A stretch of 64,000 nt of DNA, from the NCBI GenBank assembly GCA_012295275.1, contig CM022667.1:4402001-4466000 (forward strand). The letters run 5' to 3'. The first letter of the stretch is position 1, and every line of letters begins with the position of its first letter. The translations under genes were made by a program, and so were the position numbers. Positions 1-14,541 of the stretch are shown here, one piece after another. The notes beneath the pieces are model-generated. The model saw only the letters and a program-made list of their open reading frames with translations, did not search any database and had not been told where the DNA came from. The DNA is from Chrysomallon squamiferum (taxonomy: Eukaryota > Animalia > Mollusca).

Positions 1-110
1 ACGAACGCGAGTAACGTTTAGCTTTAGCTGAACGTTTGGTTTACGTACGCGAGTAACGTTTAGCTTTAGCTGAACGTTTGGTTTACGTGACTGAGTAACG
101 TTTGCTTTTG
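1..110. repeat. 42-bp tandem repeat (2+ copies, probably cut by the window edge)
   Basis: cgcgagtaacgtttagctttagctgaacgtttggtttacgta repeated. Confidence 0.85.
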
Positions 111-2197
111 TTAAACATTTCTTCCACTGCGTATTTTAAAACCATTTTTACATTTTTTTTCGATCCGCAGACATTTGTTGAGTTCATAAATATACATTTT
201 AACAGTTTTTTAGAATGAGAGTTAAAGAACTTTGCTGATTTTTTTAAAGGTCTGTTTATTTATTAACTGATTCCGTTCTTAACTTATTTTATTTAGTTTT
301 CGTTTTTCTTTTTAAATTTTTCTTATATTGTTCTTTGTTCTTCTTTTTAAATTTTTCTTTTATTTATTCTTTGTTCTTCTTTTTAAATTTTTCTTTTATT
401 TCTTTTTTTGATTTTTCTCAGTAATGCAGTGATCTTTTTAATTTTTAAAAAAAAAATGTTATGTTTTAAGAATACATAACAAACGTTATAGAAAGAAATA
501 TCTCAAACAAACAAATACCAAGAAAATTAAGAATTATGTATAATAACTGACAAAAGGTGCTAAAAAAAATCTGCTGCTTGTTTTATGAAAAGACGCGTGT
601 TTCAGAAGTAATCTCTTCCACCTTTTACTTATCAGTGCCACGTATTGGAATGAAGGAAAGGAAAAAGAAATTAACAAGAGAATATTTTCGAGTCTATGAT
701 TAAATTAAATAAAGCCAAAATATCGAAATAACACACATGCAAATACACACACGAACGCACAGACACACACACATTAAAAAAAAATAATAATAATAAAAAT
801 AACAATAATAATAATGAAGGCCGTGTCAGTAATAAGAATACAGATAATAAGCCTTATAATAATAAGTGCAATAAAATGACGAGTTTGGTGGGGGGGTTTT
901 TAAGGTACACATCATGTTAGGGTAAAGATTTCTGAACACTGAACTGGACTGCAGAAAGTCCATTGATGTCGTATGTGTGTATATTTTACATACGTTAACT
1001 TGTTTTCTTCACTTGTTCGGAACAGTAATAATAATATGGTAATATCGTAACAGTTGTTGCTGTTATTGATGTTGTAGTAATACTAATAGTAGTTGAAGAG
1101 GTAGTAGTAGTTAGTGTTGTTGTAATATCTGTAAAAGTAGTAGTTGTAGTAGTAATAAAAATAATGACAAATTCTGTTCACGTTAGTTATGACATCATCA
1201 AAATGTAACATTTTTGGCGTCATTTATAAGCATCATGGAACAGTCGAGAATGGTGTTGCTGTTGTTGTTTGTGTTGTTGTTATGTTTTTTTGTTTTCTGT
1301 TCTTATTACTGTTTTCTTCTTCTCTTTCTTCTTTTTTCTATTTAATGGATCAGTACTTTTCACGTTTCACTTTTGTTTAATGTTTTTGAGAAACCTACCT
1401 AAATGAGAATTGAGAATTAAACTTATCCAGTTCCACTAAAGTGCTCTGAAACACAAGACGTGTAAAACTGTGGCTTGTCAAAGATTTAACGTTTTCTTCC
1501 TGTTGCTATTTGCATAACGGATACTGACCTTAAATATCGACAGTGGTCCTGTGAAATAACTCGAATAACAGCGGTGAACTTAAGTACATAATAGCTGCCG
1601 GTCAATATTTTATTCCAGAGAATAATTTACCAGTCAGCATGTGTTTTGTTTTTTTTATTGTCAGCTTATCAACTGTATGTTTATTTGACTCTTTTTTAAT
1701 ATACCATTAGTAAGATACAATGACGGAAATCCGTAGCTCAAACAGTGTATACTTTAGCTAATTAAAGAAATACACAATTAGGAAATTGACATTTTCATCT
1801 TTATGCTACTTCAGTACCTGACCAGTTGTCCTTTGATATTCTGTACGTCGACATTCTGACCATTGATATTTTGTTTGTCGACATTTCAGCCGTTGACATT
1901 TTGTTCTACAAATCCAAGTATTTCATTTTCCTTCGCGAAACTTTTGTTTCGAAAACTTTACTGAATTCCGCCAGTTACTGAATAGTGTTAATAATTTTTC
2001 TAGGAGCCATTTTCAGACTGAAATCTGCTAACTGGATGCAAAGGTCTCGATTGTTTTCTCTCGAGAGGTTGCTGAAGAAGTGTTCGAAGCGCTCTGTGTT
2101 AGTGTTCTGGCTTGTATTTGCGCAGACGATTTCCTGTCGTCTGCTGAAAGTTGCACTCTCGAGCCACGTTATTTTCACAGTCTGCGGCGAAATTCAA

Positions 2198-2253
2198 TTA
2201 CGTGTTACAGTTACGTGTTACAGTTACAAGTTACAGTTACGTGTTACAGTTAC
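2198..2253. repeat. Short tandem repeat (ttacgtg/ttacag)n
   Basis: Seen directly. Confidence 0.8.
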
Positions 2254-2413
2254 AAACATCACAAGACAAAACTGGTGTAAATTAGTTTCTGTAATAAAAA
2301 CTGATAGGAGGCGATATAAAAACAGATATTTATGATGATCCGCAACAGATAAATTATTATTCGGTAGCTTTCCATTTATGTTACAGAAAAAGAAAAAAGA
2401 ATAGAAAGAATGA

Positions 2414-2445
<32 letters not shown>

Positions 2446-3252
2446 AAAAGAAAAGAAAAGAAAGAAAATAAAGAAAGAAAACGAAAACGAAATTTTTTTT
2501 TTACTAAAATGTTCTTTTTATTCTTTTATTTTACTTTTTTTTTCATTATTTAATAATAGCATCAATAATAATAATAATAATAATAACGTCGAAAATGAAA
2601 ACACTAACAATATCAATCAACGTCAATCAACGTCATTTCGTCAACGATTTTTCAATCGTAGTGTGTGTAATCTCCTCCGCTCTGTTCGGAGAACCTGTGC
2701 GATATGACAGAACCACTTACCCACTGAAAGCCACTGCGACAAAAAAGTCGCTGGACTCGGAAACCTTTCTCGTGTTACTCAGTGGAAAAACGATTTTTGA
2801 AAAAATGTATCCTAATTAAAGTCGAACAAAAATCGCGAATCCCCCCCACCAAAAGGATGACACAGAAGATGGTGAAATTACCATTATCAATAGCAGCTCA
2901 ACAGACGTGGATATGAACAACGTCAAACAACGACCTGCTTCTGTTTGTTGTTGATACGTCGTGGTTGCGTAGATAAACAGGAGCACGTTTTCGTGTTGTT
3001 TCACAGTTCGCATTGCTGTTATTTTCTAGTGCAATTGGTTCAAGAAAAAAAAAAAAAAAAAAAAGAAAGAAAAAAGAAGGAAGGGTAGATGAAATATTTA
3101 TTGTAATTCAAAGGAACATTTTTTTCTCTCTCTTTTAAACGCTAACGGGAAAAAAAAAATCTGACGTTTTAGAGCAGAGTGATTGTGAAAAAATCTGCGT
3201 TGCCAATGAATCTAAGAAATATGACTGATAAATAAGAATGTTGGAGAGATAG

Positions 3253-3256
<4 letters not shown>

Positions 3257-3338
<82 letters not shown>
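3257..3338. repeat. (GA)n microsatellite; similar tracts at ~7798, 27835, 34873, 35370, 39640, 45402, 55113, 55558
   Basis: Seen directly. Confidence 0.95.
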
Positions 3339-3341
<3 letters not shown>

Positions 3342-4132
3342 TATGAATCGGGGAAAAAAAAAAAAAAAAGTAATAACAATAAAACGAGAGTTACAAAACG
3401 TCACGGGGATGTTTTTATCCTCTTCACCGGTTAACGCTTTTCGTTCTCAAAGCCCCTTTAACAAAACACAGACCAGCGAAACAGAGAAAACCGCTGCCTT
3501 TTTTTTTTACGACCGGCTTTATTTGATTCCGATAACATCTTCTGCTCATTAATTTGCATTACAACGAGATGGTAAAAATACCGTTGATTCGCGAAACGAA
3601 ACTTCATTACGGTGGCGTGTTTTTTTTTTTTTTTCACTGGAAAGTCCAACGCTCTGTCGGTTGTTTGCGTCAGACAAAACGACGAACAGACGCAGTCGTT
3701 TAGTCGACTGGTTCACCGCGCGGCTTACGTTGACAAACAGAATGCAAAAACGAGAGAAAGACAAAAATATATTTACTTGCGGAATCGATGCACTGTGATA
3801 ATTAAAGAAAAATGAAAGAAATTGGCCGTGCAGTTCGTGTTTGGGGCGGCGGGCGGCGGGAGGAGGGGGGGGAGAATAAGGTCAAGGTCATATTAAGGCT
3901 TAATTCTTAATTTGAGTATGTTTCAGTAAAACACGGATTTTTCTGGATAGACTGGTATCTAATGAAATTAATTTTTTTATAAAGAAAAAAAATACTGGAT
4001 TCTGGTCCCGTGAGACACAGGATAATTAATTGTTTTTCCTTTCTTTTATTTTTATTTGTATTTTTATTTTTATTTTTGTTTTCATTTTCATTATCCTCAG
4101 CAACATAACATTTAATATTAGTATCATTAATG

Positions 4133-4193
<61 letters not shown>

Positions 4194-4622
4194 TAATAAT
4201 AATAATAATTGGTAATAAATAAATAAATGACGAGATGAGAAAACTAGCCAAAAAAACAACAACATAAATAATAAAAACAAAACATAATAATAATAATAAT
4301 AAAACATAATAGCAGTAATAATAACAACACCAACTAACACAATAATAATACAAATAATAATAACAATAACAATAATAATAATAAAATTAATAATAATAAC
4401 AAGAATAATAATAATAATAAAATTAATAATAATAAGAATAATAATAAAAATAATAATAATAATAGTAGTAGTAGTAATAATAATAATAATAACAAGAATA
4501 ATAATAATAATAATAGTAATAATAATAATAATAACAAGAATAATAATAATAATAATAACAAGAATAATAATAAAATAATAATAATAATAGTAGTAGTAAT
4601 AATAATAGTAATAATAATAATT
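4133..4622. repeat. Imperfect (AAT)n tract; similar tracts at ~5480, 20940, 24040, 41425, 51955
   Basis: Seen directly. Confidence 0.9.
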
Positions 4623-4738
4623 ACAACTGAAGGGAAGGTATTTTAAATCAGTGTTTTGCTTGAACTGTCACTGACTCGTACATCGATAACGTTCATCAAG
4701 ACTTGAAAAGACGCCAATCAACAGACGTGTACTTGTGC

Positions 4739-5130
4739 AGCAAGCAAAACAGAATGCGTGTAGCAAGCAACAGTATAATCTCGTGTAAGTGTGCGTGTAG
4801 CAAGCAACAGAATAATCTCGTGTAAGTGTGCGTGCAGCAAGCAACAGAATAAATAACCTAGCAAGCAACAGTATAATCTCGTGTAAGTGTGCGTGTAGCA
4901 AGCAACAGAATAATCTCGTGTAAGTGTGCGTGCAGCAAGCAACAGAATAATCTCGTGTAAGTGTGCGTGCAGCAAGCAACAGAATAACCTCGTGTAAGTG
5001 TGTAGCAAGCAACAGAATAACCTCGTGTAAGTGTGCGTGCAGCAAGCAACAGAATAGCCTCGTGTAAGTGTGTGTGCAGCAAGCAACAGAATAATCTCGT
5101 GTAAGTGTGTGTGCAGCAAGCAACAGATAA
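4739..5130. repeat. 37-bp minisatellite, ~10 copies
   Basis: Unit agcaagcaacagaataatctcgtgtaagtgtgcgtgc. Confidence 0.95.
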
Positions 5131-5472
5131 TTATAAAGGAGATAATTTCAGAAGAAAAATATGAAAGTAAAAATAACAAAAATAAATGTTCATACTCTCA
5201 ATGGGTGGGAAGGAAATCCGGTCAAGGTCAAAATAAAAAATGTAATCCAAGTAGGCTATAACAGTATCGATAATAGATATTTCTGTTCATATTCTGAAGT
5301 AATGCTATTCATTTACAAAACAGCCGTTAGTAAAAGAAAGATAAACATATGTAAACAAGATATATGCACATACATGAGCCATTTCAATCAGATAAATATG
5401 TTCATGCACGCACGCACGCACACTCACACACATAAAATTAGTTTTTAATTACTATTGTTGTTGTTGTTGTCG

Positions 5473-5537
<65 letters not shown>

Positions 5538-7659
5538 GTAGTTGTTGTTGTTATTATTATTCGTATGTTTGGTATTATTGTTGATGATGATGATTTTGCC
5601 GTTTTCATTTCTGTTGTCTCATTTCGTCGTTTATTTTATTTGCTTATTGGTTTGTTCTGTTTATCTTTTTTTATTTATATACACTGAGACACTCAATCAA
5701 ACACGGGCACATACAAACACGAGGGAGAGAAATTACGTGTTTGCCTGTTTGGAGAGCTAATTTGCCTTTTCATCGTAATAATAATTCCTTTTGTGCATCT
5801 GGTCGAAAAACTCGACACATTCCAAGAAAACACAGCGCGTTTTCTCTGCAGACTGTACGTCACGAATAATCCCAGTATCATCCACTGACAGGGCATTTCA
5901 AAGAAACTGAAAAAGTGGAGTCTTGGGAGAAACCAAACTTTAACGAATTTAGCATCTGCATCATGACTTATCTTCGTGATCAATGCGATCAAACCGAAAC
6001 CCATTTATTGACGGCGTTCGCAACGTCGCCATCAACACCATCTGTCTGGGAATTGGTCTTATAATTTTATAATCTCGACGGAGATACATATTAATAAACG
6101 AGGTTAACGAAGACGATTTCGTTTCGACCAGTTTGTCACGGTTTGCACTGACTGATTGGAAGATTAATTAGTTTTGAGGTTTCTATAATCTGAGATTATT
6201 AATATATACTGACAACTCTGAGGTTGTGTTATACCGAGATAGAAAACCTGATACGTGCGTGTTGTTTGTGTTTGTTAGAGAGAGACGTAGACAGATTGGG
6301 GAAACTTAGATTACTGCGCTTTGACTACGACTGCTCCACACACACACACACACGTAAATGATACGGGCGGTGTGTTTCACGTAAACGTTATTACACTACG
6401 ACTACTGGCTGCAAGGTAACTCTTTATTTCGTGCTTTTTAAATGCTGCCGCATTAACTGCGGTAACGTGAAACATCCTTTTGTCTTATCAGATTACTGAA
6501 TGCACAGACTCTGGCTTATTGCACAAACAACCTGTACTAACAGACGTCAGACGGGGTAAACATCGAGCACTTCGTCAGCTGGTCATTTCGCGGTTTCTCT
6601 GCCAGCATTTCTCGTCCGTCGTTTAGCCAAAACTACAGGAAGAACCAGCTCTCGTTTTTTTTTTTTTTTTTTCCCACTCAGTCTGAACAGAGTTTTTGCT
6701 AACGCCATCTTTGTTTTTACAATTTTGTAACGTTGCAGATAAGACGGAGGACGATTGGAGAAATTTCTCTATATTTAATAAACGATTAGTGGCGGTATTT
6801 TTACTGAGCTTATTTAATCAACAGCAAAATTGAAGACTTGGATTCCTCAGCGCCGTCTTTAAGTAGGCGCGCGCGGCAATCTAGGCGTCTGCTTTGCTGA
6901 TTAGAGTTACCTTCCTTGTCATAACAGAAAAATTGGTGGGCGCGTTTTCCTTGACCAGATGTTCGTTTCTGACCCCGTCTTTGGTCGCAGACGACGCAAA
7001 TTACTGGAGTAAAGTTTCAGATGTCTCGTTTAGAATTATTATCTGAAATTACTTATTTCATTATTGCTAAACGATGTGAAGTCTTCGTTACAGATGTAAT
7101 AAACGCGTGCAGAATAACAGGTATTATAATAATAAAATAAAACCAACGAAGAAATCAAATACAAATACATTAATTAACAGCAACGTTATATTTAAAACAG
7201 CAACAACACGTACTTCCATTACGTCATAAAACAAGCAATATGCGACAGATCGCTGCTAAGGGTGTTGATAATTCGCTTAAAAATAATGAAAACTCTCCAA
7301 ATAATTCCAGTCCTGGGGCTGTTTGTTTTTCATACAGAAACATCGGCTTTGTTACTTCATTACTTGATTATGCCTCTCCTGAAGGTGCAGATAGCAAGGA
7401 TTAGGTCAGGTGTATTTCTTTGGGTGGTATTTATGTTCTAGTAATTAAATGGACTCAGCTTATAAACTTCTTTTTCTTTCTTTCTTTTCTATTTATTTAT
7501 TTTTTATTTTTTTTCCGTTCCTGCCAAAGTGACTGATCCAAAACAATGAAAACCTTTATAATTAAATTTAAAAGAAGCATGTAAATTATATATTTAAAAA
7601 TCTCACAAAAAAAAAAACTGAAAATTTAACTGAAACACGTTTATACGCACATACCCCAG

Positions 7660-7884
<225 letters not shown>

Positions 7885-8648
7885 AATACAGACTCTGACA
7901 GAATAACTGAAAGGATGAAAGACAGTAGCAGGTGTGGACAAAAAGAAAAGATAGTTATTTTATCAAATTAAATGAATAAATAAATAAACACACTTCAAAG
8001 ACTAAATATTCTACCGTGTTACAACATTTCTTGTAAATATTCCAAAATCTGCAAACAACTGAATAAACACGATGATGTATCTTACATTATTACCTTGTTT
8101 TTGTTATTCCGCACTAATTTCACCTATCCACAAACCCATAGAAACCAAACACGCACACACCCAAACATATAACTCGCATCATTTACAAGATACATTCAAA
8201 GAGAAAGCTTTAAAACGCATAAACGTCAAAAAAAAAAAAAAAAACTGCGACAATAAACGAAAATAAAAAATGAACTAATTAAAGAAAGGAATACGTCGAG
8301 TTAGCCATCTTGTTTATCAGATAGCGCGAGCCAGCTAACAGCAGCCGCAGTTTCGTAGAAATAAATTTCCGCGGATAATGCGCCCTTTGTGCAATTACGA
8401 CATCGACTAAACTGGAATGGAAGATCTGAGACTAACCAAGCAGCATCGTTAACGTGACCAGATGTTCATTAACAGGAACAGAAGATAATAAACGGTAATG
8501 GAAACCTCGGGGATTGATTTTACTGCTGGTCTTTTCAGTCGAAACAATCCGTTAATTCGTGTTTACAGCCGCCGTGGCTGATTGAGAAACTAGTCGCAGA
8601 ACAAATAAATAAATATATACAGTTATGAATTTAGAAGAACAAAAAAAA

Positions 8649-8699
<51 letters not shown>

Positions 8700-9103
8700 T
8701 GTGTCAAATGTTTTAATATTTATTTCCACATTATGAGATGATTTGAGAATCGCTTCTGTTAAAGCTAACACGTGGAGGTCTCAGTGAGAATCTGTTGTGT
8801 AGAAACTATTTTCGATCGGAATCGCCCCAAGGGACAAGCATCTGTTATTCATATAGACTCAAGAAAACGAGATTTCTTTTCTTTTCTTTTTTCTTTCTTT
8901 CTTTCTTTCTTATTTCTTTCTTCTTCTTCTTTTTTCTTTATTTTTCTTTCCTTTTTTTTCTTTTTCTTTCCTTTTTTCTTTTTTATTTTTTTTTATCTTT
9001 TTTTTTTTTTTTTTGATTATTTTTGCTTTTTACGTGAAAGAACACGACGAGTTGTTGATTCTGCTGAAACTCGGTGTGTGTAAGACTGGGTGTTTGCTGT
9101 AAC

Positions 9104-9220
9104 GCAGTAATATCCACAGATGAAGGCAGTAATATCCACAGATGAAGGCAGTAATATCCACAGATGAAGGCAGTAATATCCACAGATGAAGGCAGTAATA
9201 TCCACAGATGCAGGCAGTAA
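9104..9220. repeat. 22-bp minisatellite, 5 copies, followed by (GAT)n at ~9250-9308
   Basis: Unit gcagtaatatccacagatgaag. Confidence 0.95.
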
Positions 9221-9258
9221 TTCTTTTTTCGCTGGAAGAAGAATAATGACGATGATGT

Positions 9259-9308
<50 letters not shown>

Positions 9309-11050
9309 GTGAAAACAGAAATAAATCGCTGAACGATGTTCTGAACAATTCATCAGAGCTGATGTTGAGGGGAGGATCAAGCATTTTAGACAGAGGGGTC
9401 TGCAGCTTTTAGGATGAACTGAGGATCATTATGAAAAAAAAAAATATTAAAAAATAATAATAATAGTAAAATATAAAAAAGAAAGAAAGACAGAGAAGAG
9501 AAAGAAAGAAATAAAAAAAAAATAATAAAAAAATCAACGTCAATGGGTATGGAAAAGTAAGGCAGTAAACAGGATTTTTATTAGCGTAGTACACTGAAAA
9601 TCACTTTTAGGATGAAATGAAGTCGATTACAAAGACAGAATGAGGTAAAAAAAAAAAAAAAAAAAAAAAAAACCGGGAAGAGAAAAACAGTTTAAGAAAA
9701 TTGTGTCCTAGAAGGAAGTGCATGTTTTATTATCATTGTTTCTATTCTTTTCTTTCTCTTTCTTTTTTTTTTTTTTTTTTTTTTTTTTTTCTTTCTTTGT
9801 TATATTACTTGTTCTGATTGAACGTCTTTGACAAATGGGATCGTTTATTTTTCTCTTCTTATTCTTTTTTTTTTTTTTTTTCTTTTTTCTTTTTTAAGCA
9901 GAATCGAATCACTATATCGTAGTAAAATGTATAAACTGAGAAACTGGAGTGATGCCAGTTTTAACTTGTTCACCCGAAGACGGTCTAAACCAGGAATTAC
10001 TTTTTGTAAAAAAAAAAAAAAAAATCACATTAAGGGCGGGTGGCGGGCGATAGTGATAACGGTTATTAACTCTGATAATCGATACGTATCGATCTGTCGA
10101 TCTCGCCCCCTCAAGGTCGTAATCGTGACCTACTTTGTAGCTGGATTATAAACTTGGAAATCAGATGATGAAGCAGTAAATTACGTCCATTACTGACTCT
10201 CATTGAAATACCGCTAGAGTCGAAACAGTCGTGTGACGTCAAATGATCTGATCAGGCTGAGTTTCCTGGCGCTATGATTATGTAACTTAGCGATACGTTG
10301 AACGTCGCGTAGTTTTGTGATTATATTGCTTTTTTATTTGCATATTTTTTTTTTTTTTTTTTTTTATCGTCATGCGAAAATCTTGAATCTGTTCACAGCT
10401 GAAGATTGACTGTATTTTTTCGGTGAGTATTTTCCCGCCCTTTTAGGAAGCAGAAATATGTTTTATGTTTTGATTCCATCTCAAAAATGTCAGTTATCAA
10501 AATATTTGTACTAACGTTGATACCGTCGATATTCACGCTATCTGTTTGGTCATTATTTAATTGTGAAACAAAAAAACTCTAATTTAATTTATATTTCTTT
10601 TCAATCTCCGTCTCTTTGTCTTTTTTAATTATGAAACTGGACAAATGTCAAATTAATAAGTTTCAAATAAACACCAGTTTGGGATACGAGAAAAAAGAAA
10701 GTTGTTAACTGTGTTTATCACTTCTTAGCAAACAGAATATTTCATAAGCGCCTTCCCATAGGCAGAGATGACATTCCATAATCTTTGTTAAACTGTTCTT
10801 GTAGTTTTGCACGTGCTGGCGTTACTCAAGTATATATACCTATTAATCTTCTGTTAGAAGCGTCGATCCTGCAAACCTTCACGTCTCATAGAAACACTGT
10901 AACCTCTAAGCTACTGTTATACAAGTCTACAGTGCGCTACATAAATTGTAAATTCGGAAACTGACGTCTCAGCCTGGCAAACCTTTAGACAGAAACAAGA
11001 TTTCTACGTGAAGCCAACTGACACTGCGCTGTTTTAAGATGTTGATAATA

Positions 11051-11150
11051 CAGAGCTACCTCGACTTACGAATTTCCCAAGTTACGAGCAGTCGCCCGGT
11101 CGAGTTTTGCTTTGAGATGCGAGCCAAGAATTCGAGTTACGATCGAGCAA
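11051..11150 (+). mobile_element. Possible remnant end of a pogo/Tigger-like (Tc1-mariner) DNA transposon or MITE
   Basis: TA|CAGAGCTACCTCGACTTACGA resembles pogo-type TIR starts, with subterminal GTTACGA repeats; no partner TIR found. Confidence 0.3.
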
Positions 11151-13628
11151 AGTCTTTTGGTTTTTGAATTTCTGTTGTTGTTGGTTTTTTTTAAGTGGGG
11201 TAATAGTTCGTTCTATATCCTACTACAATACTCTATGTACATTTGAATAAAATGAAAAAACAAAACAATAAAACAAAAAATAAGGTACTGGTGTCAGATG
11301 TTTGGATAGGGTCGCAATTTCAGTACTTGCCATAGGCGCTGTTTCCCCTAGATACTCTCCTTGTTACTGTTTTTTAAAACATCTTTTATACTGAGACGGG
11401 GACAGGACAAAATGTCACGTTAAAGCCGTTTGTCACGTGATGTATAATTAATTGCTGCGTCACTATGTCAACAATCGGTAGACTGACTTAAAGCAGTAAT
11501 TAAAATGACTTGTACAACGTCTTCCAGCAAATTTTGCATGCATAACGACAGAAAAACTGAAGAAGCGGTTTTTTTTGTTTTTTCTTCTTTCTGATCTGTT
11601 GCCGCATTGCTCATACGTTATGAACAGTTAAGTAAAGAGAGAAGAAAACCGCTGCATCTTGTTTTCTTTATTTGTGTCATGGTCTACTACTCCTGTTATT
11701 ACTACTACTACTACTATAATTACTACTGGTACCATAATTATTATTTATTACTATAATTATTACTACTGCTACTGTTATTACTACTACTGCTGCTACTACT
11801 ACAACAACTACTACCCTCCTCTCTGGATTATAAGCAAATTGTGGAAAACGTCCTTCCATATAATTATTTTGTTACATCAATTAAAAAATTAATGAATGAT
11901 TGACTGATTATATTATTACTTTTATTATTAGCAGCAGCAGTAGTAGCGATAATGAGTATATGGTTACAACAAATAGCTAAACTCGTGTATGAATACAGCA
12001 CGTATATAATAATAAAGAACGAATGAGTACGACATACATCTGGATACAATGGGTACAACACGTGTGTACGGAAGGATACAACTAACAACGTGTATGTGGA
12101 TACAAAAAAGAAGAAACGACTGGTTTTTTGTCAACATTTATTTTTTATTCTTCATTGTTCTTTGAGCACTAGATCTTCGATCTAAAATTTACTGAACACA
12201 CTCACAGCTCTGTGAATCATCTGAAACAATTTTGTTCAAGTCAAGCAAATTTTATTTGTCTTCTTAAACTATGAAAATTGGGGAATGCACGTATGCAGAC
12301 ACATACACGCGCTCACTCATGCTCACACACACACACACACACACACACACATTTACATACTTATAAACACGCAGGCACACACACACAAAATAATGCATGT
12401 AGAAACGTTCACACACACTCATTCCCCCTTATGTTCTATTTTGAAATATATAATCTGCATTGCTATATGCATTATATATATTTTAATCAAATTATCATAA
12501 TAATAATAATAATAATAATAACAAGCAACTAATCATATCATTCCATTGCACAATGATTAAAATATTTATATTTATATATATGTATATAAAAAAAAATGGC
12601 CGTTCTGTGTAATTTATTTACATATGACGTTCAAATCAATTTAAAGATGAAAAACGAGTGTTTAACAACCAGATTTCATGTTTAAAAAAAAACAAAACAA
12701 TTATCACTGTCTACAAAATTAACTAAAACTATAAAAGCAAAAAGAATCTATCTTTCCTGCATTAAAAAAAAAACACACACAAAAAAAACAAAAACATTTA
12801 ATAACCTCTATACAATGACCACTGTTTATTGAGGACTCTCCTAAGCACAAGCTCTCTATATGCAGGTGGTCTCTGTATACAAACGTATTAAAAAATCTAT
12901 GAATATAAAAACAAATATAAGAAAAAAAAACTATATAAAACTTCCCGATTGTTGTATTTTTTACACATGCCATTAATTTAAAAAAAAAAAAATGTGTAAA
13001 TTCATGTTATCGATTCACATTATTTATTATTTTATATAAAAATGAAATATTTTCATACTGATTAAATTTAATTAAAAATTTCACTCCCTCTTTACTATTT
13101 GCATATTTCATGGTACTGAAACTAACAATTTGTTCATATCTCTCTCTCTCTAGCTCTCTCTCTCAAGCTCTCTCTCTCACACACACACACGCACTAACGC
13201 ACACACGCACACACTATTATTTAACATCTAATGCTAGGTAAATGACAGGTCATCCTAACAGCCAGTGTTTTACAGACTCGGTTAAAAATACTGACACGAT
13301 ATTTAATACACGTTTTATATTTGTTCCATTTTAAACTTCAGAGATATTAAACAAGAGATGTGTTTTAAAAAAAATAATAAAAAAAAAAAAAAAAAAAAAT
13401 TAATTACTGAGACAGAATATGATGTAATTCTTTTTTTCTTTTTTTTAAATAATTTTGTAAAGTGGTAAATCCAATTTAAAAAAGAGACATTTTAAAAATA
13501 GTGTTTTTTTTTTTTCATTGAATATGTAGTTTGAAACCAAACTGAAAACCATGACATGCCTCAGAAATAGATTGAAAATAGATGTAAAATAAATATTACA
13601 TAAATAATTTTTATTTATGTAAATCCAG

Positions 13629-13663
<35 letters not shown>

Positions 13664-14078
13664 ATTCATGAAAAAAGGAAATTACCTTTTTTTTTATCAA
13701 TATTCATCTGAACTAACGCATTCAAACCATGCTTCAGCTAAAAGCTTATAAAACAAAGCAATATCAAAAAACAGTTTTTCAGTTACCCTATAATAATAAT
13801 AATAATAATACACATATCTCTGATACGTGCAAATCACGTCTTTCGTAAATATCTAACTAACTGGTAAAGCGATTTTAATTAAAAAAAAAACTTGTTAACA
13901 GTTAAATTCCTAACCAAAGAAACATTAAAAGGAAATAATAATTTATTCTGTGTAGCTGCCATCAGAAACAGGAAAACCAAGCAACCGTTGTGCGAAAAGT
14001 CAGTAATCAAAACTACTCTGGGAAAACAGAATGAGCAAATGTCGTAATATTCTGTGTGTGTGTATGCGTGAAAATAAA

Positions 14079-14129
<51 letters not shown>

Positions 14130-14509
14130 GGCTGTTTCTGTATAATTTATGTACATACCATGTTCAAATAAAATCAATACAATTATTAGAAATATGTATA
14201 TGAGGGGTTTTTTTGGGGAGGGGCTTTTGGTTTTGGTTTTGGTGTTCGTGCGTGTGTGTGTGACGTGTGTAATGTGTGTATAATATGTATTTTTGCATGC
14301 ATGTACAAAATATATAATATATATATATATATACATATACATACATGATTGACGTTATCATTTATCAGTAGAATCTGTCACATAATCGCTTTTTTTTTTT
14401 TTTTAATAAACAAATAAAAACAAATATTAAAAAAGCTTACACAGAAATAAAGAGTAAAAAGGGATTCATGATTATTATGCTGACGTATCAGCATAAGTGT
14501 TTTTAAATG

Positions 14510-14541
<32 letters not shown>

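Noticed and set aside
1830-1910. Repeated (gtc)gacattt motif resembling DNA-transposon subterminal repeats; also TACAGTGAAACC at 42421 and TTAACCCTTT at 51515
   Set aside because: Too short, and no partner TIR, TSD or transposase seen.
4668-5179. 150-aa repetitive ORFs in several frames
   Set aside because: Product of a 37-bp minisatellite cycling through frames; no domain or splice support.
8983-9384. PolyHis/polySer ORFs
   Set aside because: Translation of (GAT)n and a 22-bp repeat.
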